IMG/VR virus record: IMGVR_UViG_2932588108_000002
Location: 1-64,000 of that record
Origin: a virus
Lineage: Duplodnaviria; Caudoviricetes
Length of the DNA: 64,000 nt
Direction: 5' to 3' (one strand)
The notes under the pieces are model-generated. The model was not told where the DNA came from. It ran no database searches and worked only from the letters and a program-made list of their open reading frames with translations. Within the stretch, counting starts at the first letter, position 1. Every line of letters begins with the position of its first letter. Shown here one piece after another: positions 18,884 through 27,146 of this stretch. Position numbers and translations under genes: made by a program.

Positions 18884-19948
18884 GTGGCCCACGAGAGGGA
18901 CGGCAAGGTCGAGGTCCGCATGGAGCAACTGGCGGCCTTGATGGGGAACGATCTCCCGGAGGCGGTCAGGAAGACTCGCGAGATCTACGAGCGCGGCAGG
19001 AAGCCGCAGACCGTGCGCGTGCGGCGGTCCTTCGTGCGGCTGGAGAAGTTCGGCGGGACAGTCGAGGACGAACGCAAGCCGCTGCCTCGGTCCGAGCGGC
19101 CTTTCTCGGCACAGATGATCACACCCAAGGGGCTCACCCTGAAGCTCTACCTCGTGATGCTGTTCGCTGCGCAGTGCGAGGCGACGATCGGGAAGGAGTG
19201 GCCCCAGCCGTATCCGATCGAGCCGGACGCCCGGACGACCGACTCGTGGGAGGGCTTGGTGGCGACCGTCGCCAAGTACGCCGGTCCCGGCGTTCAGGCG
19301 TCCTCGGTCCGCACGAACAAGCTGAGGCAGATCACCCAGGCGATGAAGACGCTGGAGGGGATGAAGCTGCTCAGGTCGGCGACCGGGACCAAGGGGCAGG
19401 TCAGCCGCGGTGTCCTGCTCCTGTGCGAGAACGGGAAAAGCAAGGACACCGGCGCCGCGAGCATCCCGTACACGGTGCCGGCGGATGACGAGCACTTCCT
19501 TGAGATCCCCGTGGGGTTCTTCACCAACGGCTGGATCTACGCGCTCACCAACAGCGAGATCGCGGCCTTGTTGATGTGGTTCGACGTCCTGAAGTTCGAC
19601 GGCATGCAGGTGAAGCCCGAGGGCGGGACCCCGATGACCCTCGGCTTCGTGCTGAGCAACGTACGCCACGGCTTCTACGGCCTCGGCCGGGACGCGTACG
19701 AGACGCATAGGCCGCTGGAGGCCTTCGGGATCCTTGAGGTCCACCGTCACTGGAAGCGGTACGACAGCGGCAAGTGGATGGAGTTCAAGGAGGACAGCAG
19801 CGACATGGTGTGCCACCGAGTGATGCTCCGGGACGGCGCCTTCGACAGGGAGGCGGGGGAAGTCGTGCAGGAGGTGCTCCGGCGACGTGACGCCACCAAC
19901 GAGTGGCGGCAGCCCATGAGCGGGTTTCTACAGCCTCGAAGGCCGTAA
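18884..19948 (+). CDS. Hypothetical basic protein, possibly tandem winged-helix DNA-binding or replication-related
   Basis: 354 aa, GAGGAGG RBS; two helical segments ending in L..L...LL-type motifs. Function inferred only. Confidence 0.7.
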   Translation: MAHERDGKVEVRMEQLAALMGNDLPEAVRKTREIYERGRKPQTVRVRRSFVRLEKFGGTVEDERKPLPRSERPFSAQMITPKGLTLKLYLVMLFAAQCEATIGKEWPQPYPIEPDARTTDSWEGLVATVAKYAGPGVQASSVRTNKLRQITQAMKTLEGMKLLRSATGTKGQVSRGVLLLCENGKSKDTGAASIPYTVPADDEHFLEIPVGFFTNGWIYALTNSEIAALLMWFDVLKFDGMQVKPEGGTPMTLGFVLSNVRHGFYGLGRDAYETHRPLEAFGILEVHRHWKRYDSGKWMEFKEDSSDMVCHRVMLRDGAFDREAGEVVQEVLRRRDATNEWRQPMSGFLQPRRP

Positions 19949-19984
19949 GAACCCGCCAGGACAGAGTTTCACGCGCGTCTGATC

Positions 19985-20014
19985 GCGACGTAAGCCTCCT
20001 CGGCGGCCCATGGT
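19985..20014 (+). promoter_or_regulatory. GCGAC-N18-CAnnnT class promoter
   Basis: GCGACG-TAAGCCTCCTCGGCGGCC-CATGGT. Confidence 0.65.
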
Positions 20015-20092
20015 CCCGCCTCGCTCCAGCCGTCCTCCCGTGGCCGCCGCTCCTGGCCGGCCCGACGAGCCGGGGCAGGACGGACGAACCTC

Positions 20093-21556
20093 GTGGCGGC
20101 AACGAACCTCGCCCCCGCCGGGCAGGAAGCCCTGATACCCGTGGAGGAGCTGACAGGCCCCGAGCCGGTCGTGTACTGCGCCGACGCCCTCGAGCACCTT
20201 CGGACGCTCCCGGACGCCTCCGTGGACGCGATCGTGACCGATCCGCCGTACGAGCTGGGGTTCCTCGGGAAGGCGTGGGACGCCTCCGGCATCGCGTACA
20301 GCGTGGACATGTGGGCGGAGTGCCTGCGCGTCCTCAAGCCGGGCGGGCACCTGGCAGCGTTCGGCGCGACCCGCACATACCACCGCATGGCCGTGGCCGT
20401 CGAGGACGCCGGTTTCGAGATCCGTGACTCCCTGCACTGGCTGTACGGCACCGGCTTCCCCAAGGGCCAGGACGTCGGGAAGCTGATCGACCGGCGCCGC
20501 GACGACCGCCCCGCCCGCCGCCGGTTCACCGCCGAGTTCGCCGCGCTCCGCGACTCCGTCGGCTGGACGAACCCGCAGATCGACGCCCTGTTCGGCTTCA
20601 ACGGTATGGCGCAGCACTGGACGACGCAGACCAAGACCGCCGCCGTCCCGACCGTCGAACAGTGGGAGCAGTTGAAGGCGGAGATGGGGTTCGAGGCCCC
20701 GTTCAGCGTCGAGAACCTGGTGCACGAGCTGAACGGGCGGAAGAACGCGCCCGGGGAGGCGTGGGATGACCGGGAGGTCATCGGCAAGGGGCACCGGAAA
20801 CGGGGCGGTTCCGGGGTGTTTCCGCAGCTCCAGTCCGACACGTTCGACGTGACCGTGCCAGCGACCGCCGCGGCCGTCCGCTGGGACGGCTGGAACACCG
20901 CCCTCAAGCCCAGCCATGAGCCGATCGTCCTGGCGCGGAAGACGCTCGAGGGCACGGTCGCCTCCAACGTCCTGGCGTACGGGACCGGGGCGATGAACAC
21001 CGCGGCGTGCAAGACCCCGCCCGGCGACCCGGAGGGGCGTTGGCCGACCAACGTTCTGCTGTCGCACGCGTGGGCCGTCGACGAGGCGGGATGGATCGTC
21101 GACGGCTGCGCGGACGGCTGCCCGGTTGCCGACCTGGACGGCCAGTCGGGGCGGCTTACCTCTGGGGCGAACCCGCGGCGCCGCAACGCCGACAAGTTCC
21201 GCGACGTCTACGGCGACTTCAAGGGCCAGACTGCGTGCAAGCCGGTCCGGGGCGCGGACTCCGGCGGCGCCTCCCGCTTCTACCCGGCGTTCCGCTACCA
21301 GGCCAAGGCCCCCACCAGCGAGCGGCCGCGCCTGCCGGACGGCACCGTGCACCCCACGGTGAAGCCGGTCGCGCTGATGCGGTGGCTGGTCCGGCTGCTC
21401 ACCGCGCCCGGCGGACTCGTCCTGGACCCGTTCGCCGGTACTGGCACGACGCTCGAGGCTGCCCGGCTGGAGGGCTTCGACTCCATGGGTGTGGAGGCCA
21501 AGGCCGAGTACGCCGAGCTGTGCCGCCTCCGGCTGCGCCGCGACGCCCGCGGGTAG
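20093..21556 (+). CDS. Site-specific DNA methyltransferase (N6-adenine/N4-cytosine, beta class)
   Basis: VTDPPY near the N-terminus; HPTVKP and VLDPFAGTGTT near the C-terminus. Confidence 0.92.
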   Translation: MAATNLAPAGQEALIPVEELTGPEPVVYCADALEHLRTLPDASVDAIVTDPPYELGFLGKAWDASGIAYSVDMWAECLRVLKPGGHLAAFGATRTYHRMAVAVEDAGFEIRDSLHWLYGTGFPKGQDVGKLIDRRRDDRPARRRFTAEFAALRDSVGWTNPQIDALFGFNGMAQHWTTQTKTAAVPTVEQWEQLKAEMGFEAPFSVENLVHELNGRKNAPGEAWDDREVIGKGHRKRGGSGVFPQLQSDTFDVTVPATAAAVRWDGWNTALKPSHEPIVLARKTLEGTVASNVLAYGTGAMNTAACKTPPGDPEGRWPTNVLLSHAWAVDEAGWIVDGCADGCPVADLDGQSGRLTSGANPRRRNADKFRDVYGDFKGQTACKPVRGADSGGASRFYPAFRYQAKAPTSERPRLPDGTVHPTVKPVALMRWLVRLLTAPGGLVLDPFAGTGTTLEAARLEGFDSMGVEAKAEYAELCRLRLRRDARG

Positions 21557-21669
21557 GGCGCGACGCAAGGCTCGTCGGCGCTCCACTCTCCCCGCCTCGC
21601 CCAGGGCGTGCCCGACTAGGACCGCGACTCAGCGGTCCGGCGCCCGGGGCAGACGAGGAGACCAGTGTT

Positions 21670-22023
21670 GTGGCACGACGACGGACTGGCCCCACCGACG
21701 TGGTGAAAGCGATCGTCTACGACCGGGACGGCGGCGCCTGCGTGCGCTGCGGGACACGGGAGGACCTGACCATCCACCACCGCGTGAACCGCGGCATGGG
21801 CGGCGCCCGCGAGGAGTACATCAACCAGGCCCACAACCTCCTGACCGCGTGCACGACGTGCAACGGCTGGTTCGAGGACCACCCCCGGGAGTCGTACGAG
21901 GCCGGGTGGAAGGTCCGCCGGCCGGAGCTGCCCGACAAGGTCCTGGTGCGCTACCCCGACGGCCGCGAGTACCGGCTCACCCCTGACGGTGTTCGCTCCA
22001 CGACCGTGGCGACCGCCCGATGA
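21670..22023 (+). CDS. HNH endonuclease
   Basis: RDGGACVRCG...TIHHRVNRGMGG...NLLTACTTCN; promoter motif at 21560-21589. Confidence 0.88.
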   Translation: MARRRTGPTDVVKAIVYDRDGGACVRCGTREDLTIHHRVNRGMGGAREEYINQAHNLLTACTTCNGWFEDHPRESYEAGWKVRRPELPDKVLVRYPDGREYRLTPDGVRSTTVATAR

Positions 22024-22610
22024 GGCGCCTCGGGCGGCTCTGGCGACGGCAGTGCTCCTCCTGGGCGCTCTCCTCGGTCGGTCTCCGCTGCCAGCGGCGC
22101 GCCGGGCACGACGAGCCGCACGGTGCGTCGTACTCCGCGCGCTCGACCATGCACCACTCCTGGGCGGACGGCGCCGACTTCTTCGGGTACCGGTGGCTGC
22201 CCGGCACGATCCGCTACCGGCCGACCTTGACCCGCTCCCGCGCGTTCCGCGTCGGTGAGTGGACCGTGTCCGTGCTGCTCGCCCTCCTGCTGTGGTGGGC
22301 GGTGTCCCTGGTCACGGCCATCGTGTTCCTCATCGGTGAGCTGTGGCTGTCCGTGCGGCGGCCGCACTTCGTCGACGTCGGCCGGTTCACCGCCGGTGTG
22401 TTCTTCGTCAGCCGCAAGAACTCCCCGCCGTCCTTCGCGGTCGGCTTCACCCGGTACGGGCCGGAGGCCGACGCCAGGCGTAGCGGTCTGCAGGTCAGCA
22501 TCGGGCGCCGCTCGCTGATGGTCTGCGCTCTGCTCCCGCGCGACGAGTGGGCCGACTACAAGCGGCGGAACGCCGAACGTGAGGCCCGCCGGAAGGACAG
22601 CGCCCGGTGA
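22020..22610 (+). CDS. Membrane hypothetical protein
   Basis: ATGA overlap with the HNH stop; one long hydrophobic segment. Confidence 0.65.
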   Translation: MRRLGRLWRRQCSSWALSSVGLRCQRRAGHDEPHGASYSARSTMHHSWADGADFFGYRWLPGTIRYRPTLTRSRAFRVGEWTVSVLLALLLWWAVSLVTAIVFLIGELWLSVRRPHFVDVGRFTAGVFFVSRKNSPPSFAVGFTRYGPEADARRSGLQVSIGRRSLMVCALLPRDEWADYKRRNAEREARRKDSAR

Positions 22611-22867
22611 GCCCTCGGATCACGATGCAGACCCGGGTGCGGCGGCCGCGCGGGCTGCGCTTTGGTCCGGTGCTGCTGTGGGCTGTGCGCATACCGAACG
22701 GCCCGAACCTCGGCGTAGGGCGGATCGCGGTCACGGACACGCCCCGCGACCCAGCCCCCGGCCAGACACTGGCACGAGACGGGCAAGGGCGCGTCCTGAT
22801 CGTGGGCGGCGTGGCGTTCGCGGCGCTCCGGTGCAGGTCAGTGTCGGTGCGTCGCGCTCCACTCTGA
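22607..22867 (+). CDS. Small hypothetical protein
   Basis: GTGA overlap with the upstream stop. Confidence 0.55.
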   Translation: MSPRITMQTRVRRPRGLRFGPVLLWAVRIPNGPNLGVGRIAVTDTPRDPAPGQTLARDGQGRVLIVGGVAFAALRCRSVSVRRAPL

Positions 22868-22872
22868 CACGG

Positions 22873-22892
22873 GAGTCTCGTTGCTGTACTCT
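22873..22892 (+). promoter_or_regulatory. 18-bp box with -10 TACTCT
   Basis: GAGTCTCGTTGCTGTACT, one mismatch to consensus. Confidence 0.7.
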
Positions 22893-22974
22893 TTCGGGCT
22901 GTGCGCAGGCGCGGGGGTACCCCGGTCTGCGCGAGGCGCAGAAGCGTCACAGCTTGAGATGGGAATCGCCAGCC

Positions 22975-23604
22975 ATGCCCACCGCCGGAATCACCTACTC
23001 GAAGAAGAAGATCGAACGGACCGACTTCAAGGCCCTGCGCGAGCATGAGGAAGGGGCCGTGAACGCGGAGCTGGGCCGGATCGCCCGCCCTGACGACCGG
23101 ATTGAGCGCGCAGCCGACATCATCCGCCAGGCGGACGCCGAGATCGCCCTGCACCTCGAGGACCGCGACAAGGCCGTGGCCTCCCTGTGGTTCTACGAGC
23201 GCGTCAAGGGCCTCGCCACGACGATCGGCGTCGCCCCCACCGCCTACCGAGAGATCCTGAGCAAGGCGCTGTACGGCAGGAACTGGAAGCGAACCGAGAG
23301 CGGGCACGTCGAATTGGAGCCGGTTCCCGCCCACGTGCCGACCCCGGAGCTTGCCAAGCTCGCCGAGGAGGCCGGAGTGCCGCGCGTCGAGAACGCCTCC
23401 GACGAGCTGCCGCGACTGGCCCGGGTCGTGGCCGCGGCGCGCGCCCGCCGCGGAGCCGCGGTGGTCTTCATGCGGGAGGCCGCCCTCGCCCTGTCCGAGG
23501 AGCCCTACGGCTGGGATGGCGAGAAGATCGCCGAGCACGCCGGCGTGGCCAAGAAGTTGATCTGGCAGCAGCAGCGGACGGCCCGCCTGGCGCGCGAAAG
23601 CTGA
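22975..23604 (+). CDS. Helical protein with two HTH-like segments (candidate regulator)
   Basis: KGLATTIGVAPTAYREILSK and WDGEKIAEHAGVAKKLIWQQ, each preceded by a long amphipathic helix. Confidence 0.7.
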   Translation: MPTAGITYSKKKIERTDFKALREHEEGAVNAELGRIARPDDRIERAADIIRQADAEIALHLEDRDKAVASLWFYERVKGLATTIGVAPTAYREILSKALYGRNWKRTESGHVELEPVPAHVPTPELAKLAEEAGVPRVENASDELPRLARVVAAARARRGAAVVFMREAALALSEEPYGWDGEKIAEHAGVAKKLIWQQQRTARLARES

Positions 23605-23676
23605 CTGCTCCTCTTCGTTCCAGCGGCCGGTCCCGAGCACCTTCGGGGCCGGCCTTCCCTTTGCACCGCAGGTCAG

Positions 23677-23731
23677 ACCGGCGCCTGAAAATCAGGCGCC
23701 GGTCACCGGGGCCTGAAAATCCGGCTTCCGG
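23677..23731. repeat. Two tandem palindromes with a GAAAAT centre
   Basis: ACCGGCGCCTGA-AAA-TCAGGCGCCGGT (perfect), then CCGGGGCCTGA-AAA-TCCGGCTTCCGG. Confidence 0.7.
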
Positions 23732-23950
23732 TGTAGGGGCCGCCGGGAGACCGGGTGCCGGTGGATCAGGCGCCTTTAGTAACAAGATCAAGCACCACAA
23801 TGAAGTAAGAGTTCCGATGCCTTCGCTTCGCTCAGACATCGGCGCGCATCGACCTCCGAAGGCCCTCGAACGAACCACCGGACAGCCGCAGCGACAGGGC
23901 GCCGAGGAGGAGGGGTGTCACAAAATCCGGCTGTTGGCGTTCCCCCAGAC

Positions 23951-24466
23951 ATGACGATGCGATCCATGCCCACGCGCACGATGCTTCCGCCGAACCTGAC
24001 CCGGCACTTCTATGAGACCCGCCGGGCGTTCCTCCGGAGCGCCGGCCAGGAATCCACCCCGTGGTTCCAGCTCTCCCCGATGGAGCGCACCGTGGTCGAG
24101 TCGGAGATGGAGATCTTCCGCCAGGCGATACGGAGCGCCGAGGAAGAGCAGGACCTGATCGCCAGCCTCGATGCGACCCGCGCCGCCGCGGCCACCGACA
24201 AGTCCGCCGCCGAGGAGCCGGAACCGGCCGCGCCCGTCGACGAGGGAACCCGGGAGGATTGCTGCCTGGAGTGCGCAGCCGTCGCCGCGTTCCTTGCCCT
24301 CATCAGGGGGCTGGGCGGGAAGCTCGACGGCACTGCACCGGATGTACTGGTCACCTTCGACGGCCGCCCGATCAGCGTCGAGCGCCTGCTGGTGATGAAC
24401 TCCCCCTTCGACGACATCCGCGCCGAGTTCTGGCGCAGGAAGCCCCCGACCGCCGACAAAGCGTAA
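23951..24466 (+). CDS. Hypothetical protein
   Basis: ORF with good codon bias; start uncertain. Confidence 0.65.
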   Translation: MTMRSMPTRTMLPPNLTRHFYETRRAFLRSAGQESTPWFQLSPMERTVVESEMEIFRQAIRSAEEEQDLIASLDATRAAAATDKSAAEEPEPAAPVDEGTREDCCLECAAVAAFLALIRGLGGKLDGTAPDVLVTFDGRPISVERLLVMNSPFDDIRAEFWRRKPPTADKA

Positions 24467-24713
24467 CGGAATTCGGCGCGCGACGTACTACAGAGTGCGG
24501 CTGGCCCTCTGCCCCCGACACCCCCTCGGGGAAAGCACTCCAGCCGCGCCCCCTCGGCCGGGGCGAAGACCCTGCTCCACCTCCCCGGTGCAGGGCCCTC
24601 GCCCCGGCAACAGACATCCGGCACAAGTCCCCTTGGCGGGGTGGCTTCTTTCTCAAGATCGTGCCGGATCTCGCGGCCTGGTCGGCGGTCTGGGCATGGG
24701 CCCCGGCCAGGCC

Positions 24714-24750
24714 GCGACACTAGATCCCTGCCGGCGGCACCTTCCCCGCC
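24714..24750 (+). promoter_or_regulatory. GCGAC-class leaderless promoter of the terminase
   Basis: GCGACA-N18-CACCTT-7 nt-ATG 24751. Confidence 0.7.
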
Positions 24751-26547
24751 ATGTCCCGCACGAAGCTCTCGCCCCCCGCACGCCCCCGCGTGGTCCCACC
24801 AGCCCGGGACCTGCGGAACCGGCGTCAGCCCGGCGTCGTATCCCGTGACGCCTCCAACATCGCCGACATCCTGCTCCGCGCCCCCGCGGCCGCCCGCCGC
24901 CACGCCTTCAAGCACGACATCACCGCCCGCGAACGGCCGCACGTCATGCGCGAAGTCGAACGGGCCACCGGCTCGATGTACGGGCTCTGGCACGACACCC
25001 CCAGCGGCTTCATCGAGGACGTGCTGGGGGAGAGCATTTGGAGCCGTCAGCGCGAAATCGTCGACGCCGTCCCCTTCAAGAAGCGCATCGCCGTCCCGGC
25101 CGGCTTCGGCGTCGGGAAAACCTGGATCGCGGGCAGGCTCGTCGCCTGGGCCGGAGCCGTCAACGCCCCCGGGACCATGGTCATCGTCACCACCGCGACG
25201 AGATTCCGGCAGGTCCGTAACCAGCTCTGGCCGCACATCAGGAAGACCGTCGCCCGCGCGGGCCTGCCTGGATACTGCGACACCACCCAGTGGAAGATCC
25301 CCGACCAGTGGGGCAACGACGTCATCGTCGCGTACGGCTTCACCGCGCCAGAGAACGACGAAGCCGCGATGCAGGGCATCCACGGCACGCCCAAGCTGCT
25401 CATCGTCGTCGACGAGGCCGGCGGTATCGCCCGCACCATCGGCAACGGCACCAACAACCTCCTGACCGGCGACGCGAGGATGTTGGCGATCGGCAACCCC
25501 GCGATGGACGACCCGCGGAGCTGGTTCGAGACGCTGTGCGAGGAGGGCGAGGACCCCGAGGAACCGTCCACGGTCACCATCCCCATCGCGACCTTCGACT
25601 CCCCGGCCATCACCAAGGAACGCGTCCCATACTGCAACGACTGCCCCGACGGCGTCCCCCCGCACTCCCTCGCCATCCACCTCCCCGATCAGGACTGGGT
25701 GGACCGCACCATCCGTGAGTACGGCGAAGATCACCCCTACGTCATCGCTAAGGTCCACGCCAAGTTCCCCAAGGGCGGAGGCGGCCTCGCGATACCCGTG
25801 ACCTGGGTCGAGGACGCCCAGAACAACGACGACCCGACCGGCCCCGGCTGGCACCGACTCTGTGACCTCGGCCTGGAAGGGGAGAGCGCCAAGCACACCG
25901 TGAAGGAAGGCGCCTGGATCAGGCTCGGCGTCGACGTCGCCGCCGACGGAGGCGACGAATTCACGATCTACAGGGCGGTCGGAGACGCCATCGAGATGCG
26001 GCACGCCAGCTCCGGCACCGCCAACGACAACCAGGTGAAGGTCGCGGAGAAGATCCTCGAGGAGATCCGCGCCGCGCAGCGCCTCGCGGATGCCCTGAAC
26101 TCTCCACACCCCGTCCGCGTGAAGATCGACAAGAACGGCATCGGCCACGGCGCCACGAGCATGCTGGAGGTCTGGGCGGACAACGGCACCCACCACGCGC
26201 AGATCGTGGGCGTCATGGTGTCCGAGTCCCCCACCCAGGACGACCCGGGCGCCGTCATGCGCCCGTACCGCAAGCGTGACGAGATGTGGCTCGCGACCAG
26301 GGCACTTTTGCAGCCGGACCCGTCGACCGGCACCGGCCGGCTACGCCTCCGCGTCGACCGGCAGGCCGGTATCCAGCTCTCCACCCCGAAGCTCGGGTCG
26401 AACACCGCCGGGTACAGCATCATCGAGTCGAAGAAGACCATGAAGGCCCGCGGGATGAAGAGTCCCGACCGGGCCGAGGCCGCCCTGCTGGCCGTGTACG
26501 AGCCCGAGCCGCTGAACCAGCCACGCCGCCGCGGTCTGCTCAATTAG
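24751..26547 (+). CDS. terL: Phage terminase large subunit
   Basis: WSRQ Q-motif, Walker A AGFGVGKT, Walker B LIVVDEA, AIGNP, nuclease motifs LGVDVA..GGD, KID and SPDRAEA. Confidence 0.92.
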   Translation: MSRTKLSPPARPRVVPPARDLRNRRQPGVVSRDASNIADILLRAPAAARRHAFKHDITARERPHVMREVERATGSMYGLWHDTPSGFIEDVLGESIWSRQREIVDAVPFKKRIAVPAGFGVGKTWIAGRLVAWAGAVNAPGTMVIVTTATRFRQVRNQLWPHIRKTVARAGLPGYCDTTQWKIPDQWGNDVIVAYGFTAPENDEAAMQGIHGTPKLLIVVDEAGGIARTIGNGTNNLLTGDARMLAIGNPAMDDPRSWFETLCEEGEDPEEPSTVTIPIATFDSPAITKERVPYCNDCPDGVPPHSLAIHLPDQDWVDRTIREYGEDHPYVIAKVHAKFPKGGGGLAIPVTWVEDAQNNDDPTGPGWHRLCDLGLEGESAKHTVKEGAWIRLGVDVAADGGDEFTIYRAVGDAIEMRHASSGTANDNQVKVAEKILEEIRAAQRLADALNSPHPVRVKIDKNGIGHGATSMLEVWADNGTHHAQIVGVMVSESPTQDDPGAVMRPYRKRDEMWLATRALLQPDPSTGTGRLRLRVDRQAGIQLSTPKLGSNTAGYSIIESKKTMKARGMKSPDRAEAALLAVYEPEPLNQPRRRGLLN

Positions 26548-26587
26548 AGCGACCGGAAGGTCCGCAGGACGCTGGTACTGTCCCCGT

Positions 26588-26812
26588 ATGGATCTCGCTC
26601 AGGCTCAGGCTCTTTCCGCGCCCCTGACAGCCGCTGAGCTCGACCAGGTGCAGCGCGCCGCAGCGGCGGCCGGTCAGAACATTGAGGAGTTCGTGCGGAC
26701 TGCGGTCCTCGACGCCGCCGCGGACCCCTTCCTCGACGCCCTCGATCAGGCCGTCGCTTCCATCGCCGCCCGCGCCCAGGGCGAGCACATTCAGCACGAC
26801 TACGCACTTTGA
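26588..26812 (+). CDS. Small ribbon-helix-helix-like (DUF1778-like) protein
   Basis: LTAAELDQVQRAAAAAGQNIEEFVRTAVLDAA. Confidence 0.6.
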   Translation: MDLAQAQALSAPLTAAELDQVQRAAAAAGQNIEEFVRTAVLDAAADPFLDALDQAVASIAARAQGEHIQHDYAL

Positions 26813-27146
26813 CGCCAGCCGCCCTGGTTCCGCACCAGGAGCGAATCCAATCGTCCGCCGTGTCCTGGCCGCGCAGCAGCGCGGAAAGGCGGCCTGATCA
26901 TCCACGACGCACAAGGAGCCCGGTACCGACGGGGGATGCGGTACCGGGCCTGTGATCACCTTACTTGCTGGTGCAGTAGCCGCCCCTGGCGGGACAGCCA
27001 CCGAACAGTGCGTGACTCAGACCACTAGCTTCGCGTCCTCACGGGGCACTGGCCTGGTCTCGCCGGCCTGCTCTCCCCCAATGCCAGACGTGGCATGATC
27101 CGTTGGGTAGTGTTGGCCCGATTCCTATCCCGGAGGACACCACTTG

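Noticed and set aside
21670-22023. HNH as the restriction partner of the upstream methyltransferase
   Set aside because: It has its own promoter motif and resembles small phage HNH proteins that accompany terminases; no evidence for an RM pair.
24010-26196. 728-aa minus-strand ORF (and similar long ORFs at 10967-12838, 19928-21586, 61891-63951)
   Set aside because: Antisense shadows of well-supported plus-strand genes; high GC3 suppresses stop codons on the opposite strand.
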